In this document: piece by piece, positions 61,449-64,000 of the stretch
Position numbering within the stretch: the stretch's first letter is position 1
Layout of the letters: each line of letters opens with the position of its first letter
Assembly (NCBI GenBank): GCA_963768855.1
Contig: CAVYJM010000018.1
Location: forward strand, 1-64,000
Direction: 5' to 3'
Source: an uncultured Thermoplasmata archaeon
Lineage (GTDB): Archaea; Thermoplasmatota; Thermoplasmata; RBG-16-68-12
DNA length: 64,000 nucleotides
The notes under the pieces: model-generated
Seen by the model: the letters and a program-made list of their open reading frames with translations, nothing else
Told to the model about the DNA's origin: nothing
The model's database searches: none
Made by a program: the position numbers and the translations under genes

Positions 61449-62447
61449 TCAGGTGAACATCCGGCGTACGTCCCGGCCGACCGTCTCGAGCCTCGAATCG
61501 GGCTCCTGCTTGCGGGCCTTCGTCAGCGTAGGCATGCCGTTCTCGTACTCCGAGCGCCAGTCCCGGGCAAACGCGCCCGACTTGATATCCTTAAGCAAGG
61601 CTTCCATGTTCTTCCGGACCCGCTCGTCGATGACCTTGGGGCCGCGGGTGCGGCCTCCGTACTCCGCCGTGTTCGAGACATTCGCCCACATGTTCTCGAT
61701 GCCGCCCGCCTGGACGAGGTCGACGATCATCTTGAGCTCATGGAGGACCTCGAAGTACGCGAGCTCGGGCTGGTAGCCCGCGTCGATGAGCACGCGGAAG
61801 GAGGTCTTGATCAGCTCGGCCATGCCACCGCAGAGGTCGGCCTGCTCGCCGAACAGGTCTGTCTCCGTCTCTTCCGTGAAGGTCGTCTCGATCACGCCGA
61901 CCTTCGTCGAACCGATCGCCTTGCCGATCGCGAGGGCGGTCTCCCGCGCACGTCCGGAGGCATCCTGGTGGATCGCGAGGAGGGCCGGCACGCCGGAACC
62001 GCGCAGGAAGTTCGAGCGGACCGCGGCGCCCGGGGCTTTCGGCGCGATCATGATCACGTCGAGGTCCTTCCGTTGGACGATCGTCCCATACCGGATGTTG
62101 AACCCGTGCGCGAACTCGAGGGTGGATCCCTTCGTCAGGTTCGGGGCGACGTCCTTCGCGTAGACTTCGGGCTGGACCTCGTCCGGGATGAGCATCATTG
62201 TCACGTCGGCAGACGAGACGGCCTCCGGGACCGGGGCGACCTCGAGGCCGTCCTTGGACGCCGCGTTCCACGACTCTCCCTTCGCGCGTGCGCCGACGAC
62301 GACCTCCACGCCGCTGTCGTGCAGGTTGAGCGCCTGCGCACGCCCCTGAATCCCGTATCCCAGCACAGCGATCCGCTTTCCTTCCAGCGGCTTGAGACTC
62401 GCATCCTTCTCGTAGTAGAGTTTCGCCATCGTATCCGACTCCGTCAC
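61449..62447 (-). CDS. ilvC: Ketol-acid reductoisomerase (start 62447 or 62429)
   Basis: GYG.QG.AQA, PDE, HGFNI, APK.PG, E.ETDLFGEQ..LCG and AYFE..HE motifs. Confidence 0.96.
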   Translation of the reverse strand: MTESDTMAKLYYEKDASLKPLEGKRIAVLGYGIQGRAQALNLHDSGVEVVVGARAKGESWNAASKDGLEVAPVPEAVSSADVTMMLIPDEVQPEVYAKDVAPNLTKGSTLEFAHGFNIRYGTIVQRKDLDVIMIAPKAPGAAVRSNFLRGSGVPALLAIHQDASGRARETALAIGKAIGSTKVGVIETTFTEETETDLFGEQADLCGGMAELIKTSFRVLIDAGYQPELAYFEVLHELKMIVDLVQAGGIENMWANVSNTAEYGGRTRGPKVIDERVRKNMEALLKDIKSGAFARDWRSEYENGMPTLTKARKQEPDSRLETVGRDVRRMFT

Positions 62448-62800
62448 ATCGCCCCGTACGCGCGCACGTACGTGGCGCCGTCCTCGTGAGAAACCTCGGG
62501 GTCCACCTGGTCCGGCTTCCCGGACAGGGGCCTCCGTCCCTGGACGGACCGCAAGAGGACGAACTCCTCCGCGTTGTTCTCGATGTATTCGACCTCGATC
62601 ACGTCATGCACGCGCCGCAGGTGCTCGACCATGCGCGGGAACTTGGGGTCGGCGGACGCCAGCAGGACGCGTGCGCAGCCGTCCTTCTCGCACGGTCCGG
62701 CGAGGACCGAGTCGATCGAGATCCGCTTGCGCGTGAACACGGCGGTGATCCGCTGCATCACGCCCCAGTCGTTATGGACGAGCAGGGATAGCACTTGCAA
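62444..62800 (-). CDS. ilvN: Acetolactate synthase small (ACT) subunit, short form
   Basis: L.LLV.N..GV..RIT..F.R..I.I.S ACT motif; GGAGGTGA SD before the TTG; lies between ilvB and ilvC. Confidence 0.75.
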   Translation of the reverse strand: MQVLSLLVHNDWGVMQRITAVFTRKRISIDSVLAGPCEKDGCARVLLASADPKFPRMVEHLRRVHDVIEVEYIENNAEEFVLLRSVQGRRPLSGKPDQVDPEVSHEDGATYVRAYGAM

Positions 62801-64000
62801 CCGTCTCACCTCCTTTCCAGATACATCGGGGCCCCAGGATCACTTCCTTCGCGCTCTTCCCCGGGGGCATGATCGGGAGGATGTCCTCGTTCGGGTCGAT
62901 CGTCACGTCGATCAGGAAGGGGACTTCCGCCGCCTTGGCCCGCTCGATCGCGTCCGGGATCTCCGAGTTCCGCTCCACGTGGACGGCCTCGCAGGCGTAC
63001 GCCTCCGCGATCTTCGTGAAGTCGGGAATCTTGCCGAGGTTTACGGCGGAGAACCGCTGTCCGTAGAACATCCGCTGCCACTGGAGCACCATCCCCAGCG
63101 CGCCGTCGTTCATGACGAGGACCGCGATGTTGATGCCGTTCTCCCGGGCCGTGGCGAACTCCTTCATCGTCATCTGGAGGGAGCCGTCCCCCGCGAGGTC
63201 CATGACGAACCGGTCCGGCACCGCGACCTTCGCGCCGATCGCCGCGGGGAACCCGAAGCCCATCGTTCCGAGCCCGCCCGAGGTCAGATAGGAGCGCTTG
63301 CCGCGGACCTCGAAGAAGTGCTCGGCCCACATCTGGTTGCGGCCGACCTCCGTCGTGAGGACCGCGTCGTCGGGCAGCAGGCGGTTCAGCTCCCACACGA
63401 TCTTCTGTGGGAGGATCGGGGTCCCGGAGAAGTTGAAGTCGCACGCGCACTCCTTCTTCAGGGCGCGGACGCGCTCCAGCCAAGCGGTGTGGTCCTTCCG
63501 GACCCGGCGCTCCAGTCCCGCGATGAGCGCGTTCGTCACGGTGTACACGTCGCCGACGAGCCCGACGACGTTGGGGACATTCTTCCCGACCTCCGAGGAG
63601 TCGATGTCGACGTGGACGATCCGCTGCTGTTTCCCGAACTCGCTCAGCTTTCCCGTCGAGCGGTCCGAGAACCGCGTGCCCAGTGCGATGATCGTGTCGC
63701 AGTTGTTCAGGACGTAGGTGGCCACCATCTTCCCGTGCATGCCGACGGGGCCTAGCACGAGGGGATGATCTTCCGCAACGGAGCCCTTGCCCATCAGGGT
63801 CGTGACGACGGGCGCCTGGATCATCTCCGCGAGCCGCAGGATGTCCGACCCGGCCGTGGACCAGCGCGCGCCTCCGCCCACCATGATGACGGGCGCCTCG
63901 GCCTCCTCGATGAACTTGATCGCGTCGAGAAGGCGGGAGAGCTCCTTGCGGGGGCCGCGGCGGCGGGGCACGTGCACGGCCTTGACCGCGGACTCGGGCA
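62772..64000 (-). CDS. ilvB: Acetolactate synthase large subunit, 3' part (5' end outside the window)
   Basis: GMHG, G.RF.DR, .D.D..E, GRNQMW, SGGLGTMG.G.P, GDGS and LGMV.QWQ motifs. Confidence 0.95.
   Translation of the reverse strand, partial: PESAVKAVHVPRRRGPRKELSRLLDAIKFIEEAEAPVIMVGGGARWSTAGSDILRLAEMIQAPVVTTLMGKGSVAEDHPLVLGPVGMHGKMVATYVLNNCDTIIALGTRFSDRSTGKLSEFGKQQRIVHVDIDSSEVGKNVPNVVGLVGDVYTVTNALIAGLERRVRKDHTAWLERVRALKKECACDFNFSGTPILPQKIVWELNRLLPDDAVLTTEVGRNQMWAEHFFEVRGKRSYLTSGGLGTMGFGFPAAIGAKVAVPDRFVMDLAGDGSLQMTMKEFATARENGINIAVLVMNDGALGMVLQWQRMFYGQRFSAVNLGKIPDFTKIAEAYACEAVHVERNSEIPDAIERAKAAEVPFLIDVTIDPNEDILPIMPPGKSAKEVILGPRCIWKGGETVASAIPARP

Overview
The window joins two unrelated genomes. 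Bases 1 to about 2710 are moderate-GC (about 45% by eye) bacterial DNA resembling Anaerolineae/Chloroflexota. This part carries the 5' part of glmS, an apparent glmS ribozyme with an unusual two-hairpin insertion, a MocA-like nucleotidyltransferase and a broken YqeC/MocA-like fusion. From about 2710 to 64000 the DNA is high-GC (about 65-70% by eye) and archaeal, probably Thermoplasmatota (inferred from gene content, not from a search). Core genes include pyrK/pyrD, hel308-cgi121, a 2-oxoacid:ferredoxin oxidoreductase alpha/beta pair, pdxT, GGGP and DGGGP synthases, rps13-rps4-rps11-rpoD, pheT, three tRNAs (Leu-UAG, Leu-GAG, Ser-UGA), a probable SRP RNA and an amino-acid biosynthesis cluster (leuA-like, proC, pheA, ilvD, hom, thrC, ilvC, ilvN, ilvB). 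Two accessory regions stand out. (i) At 25.2-35.2 kb, a BlaI/MecI repressor and a BlaR-like M56 peptidase lacking a beta-lactam sensor sit beside a secreted phosphoesterase and a nucleotidyltransferase-glycosyltransferase-methyltransferase cluster. The same AT-rich palindrome (TACTATTG-NN-ATAGT) lies in front of blaI and in the divergent promoter of the cluster, which suggests an archaeal envelope-remodelling regulon. This is the best candidate for a new system. (ii) At 40.4-44.9 kb, a large surface protein has a DNRLRE domain split by a nested beta-propeller, six alternating cadherin-like repeats and, behind a frameshift, a membrane helix plus a cytoplasmic longin/roadblock-like domain. Several genes carry single-base insertions that look like long-read errors. 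Most long ORFs in the supplied track are GC-rich antisense shadows. All protein calls come from motif recognition by eye; no database search was run.
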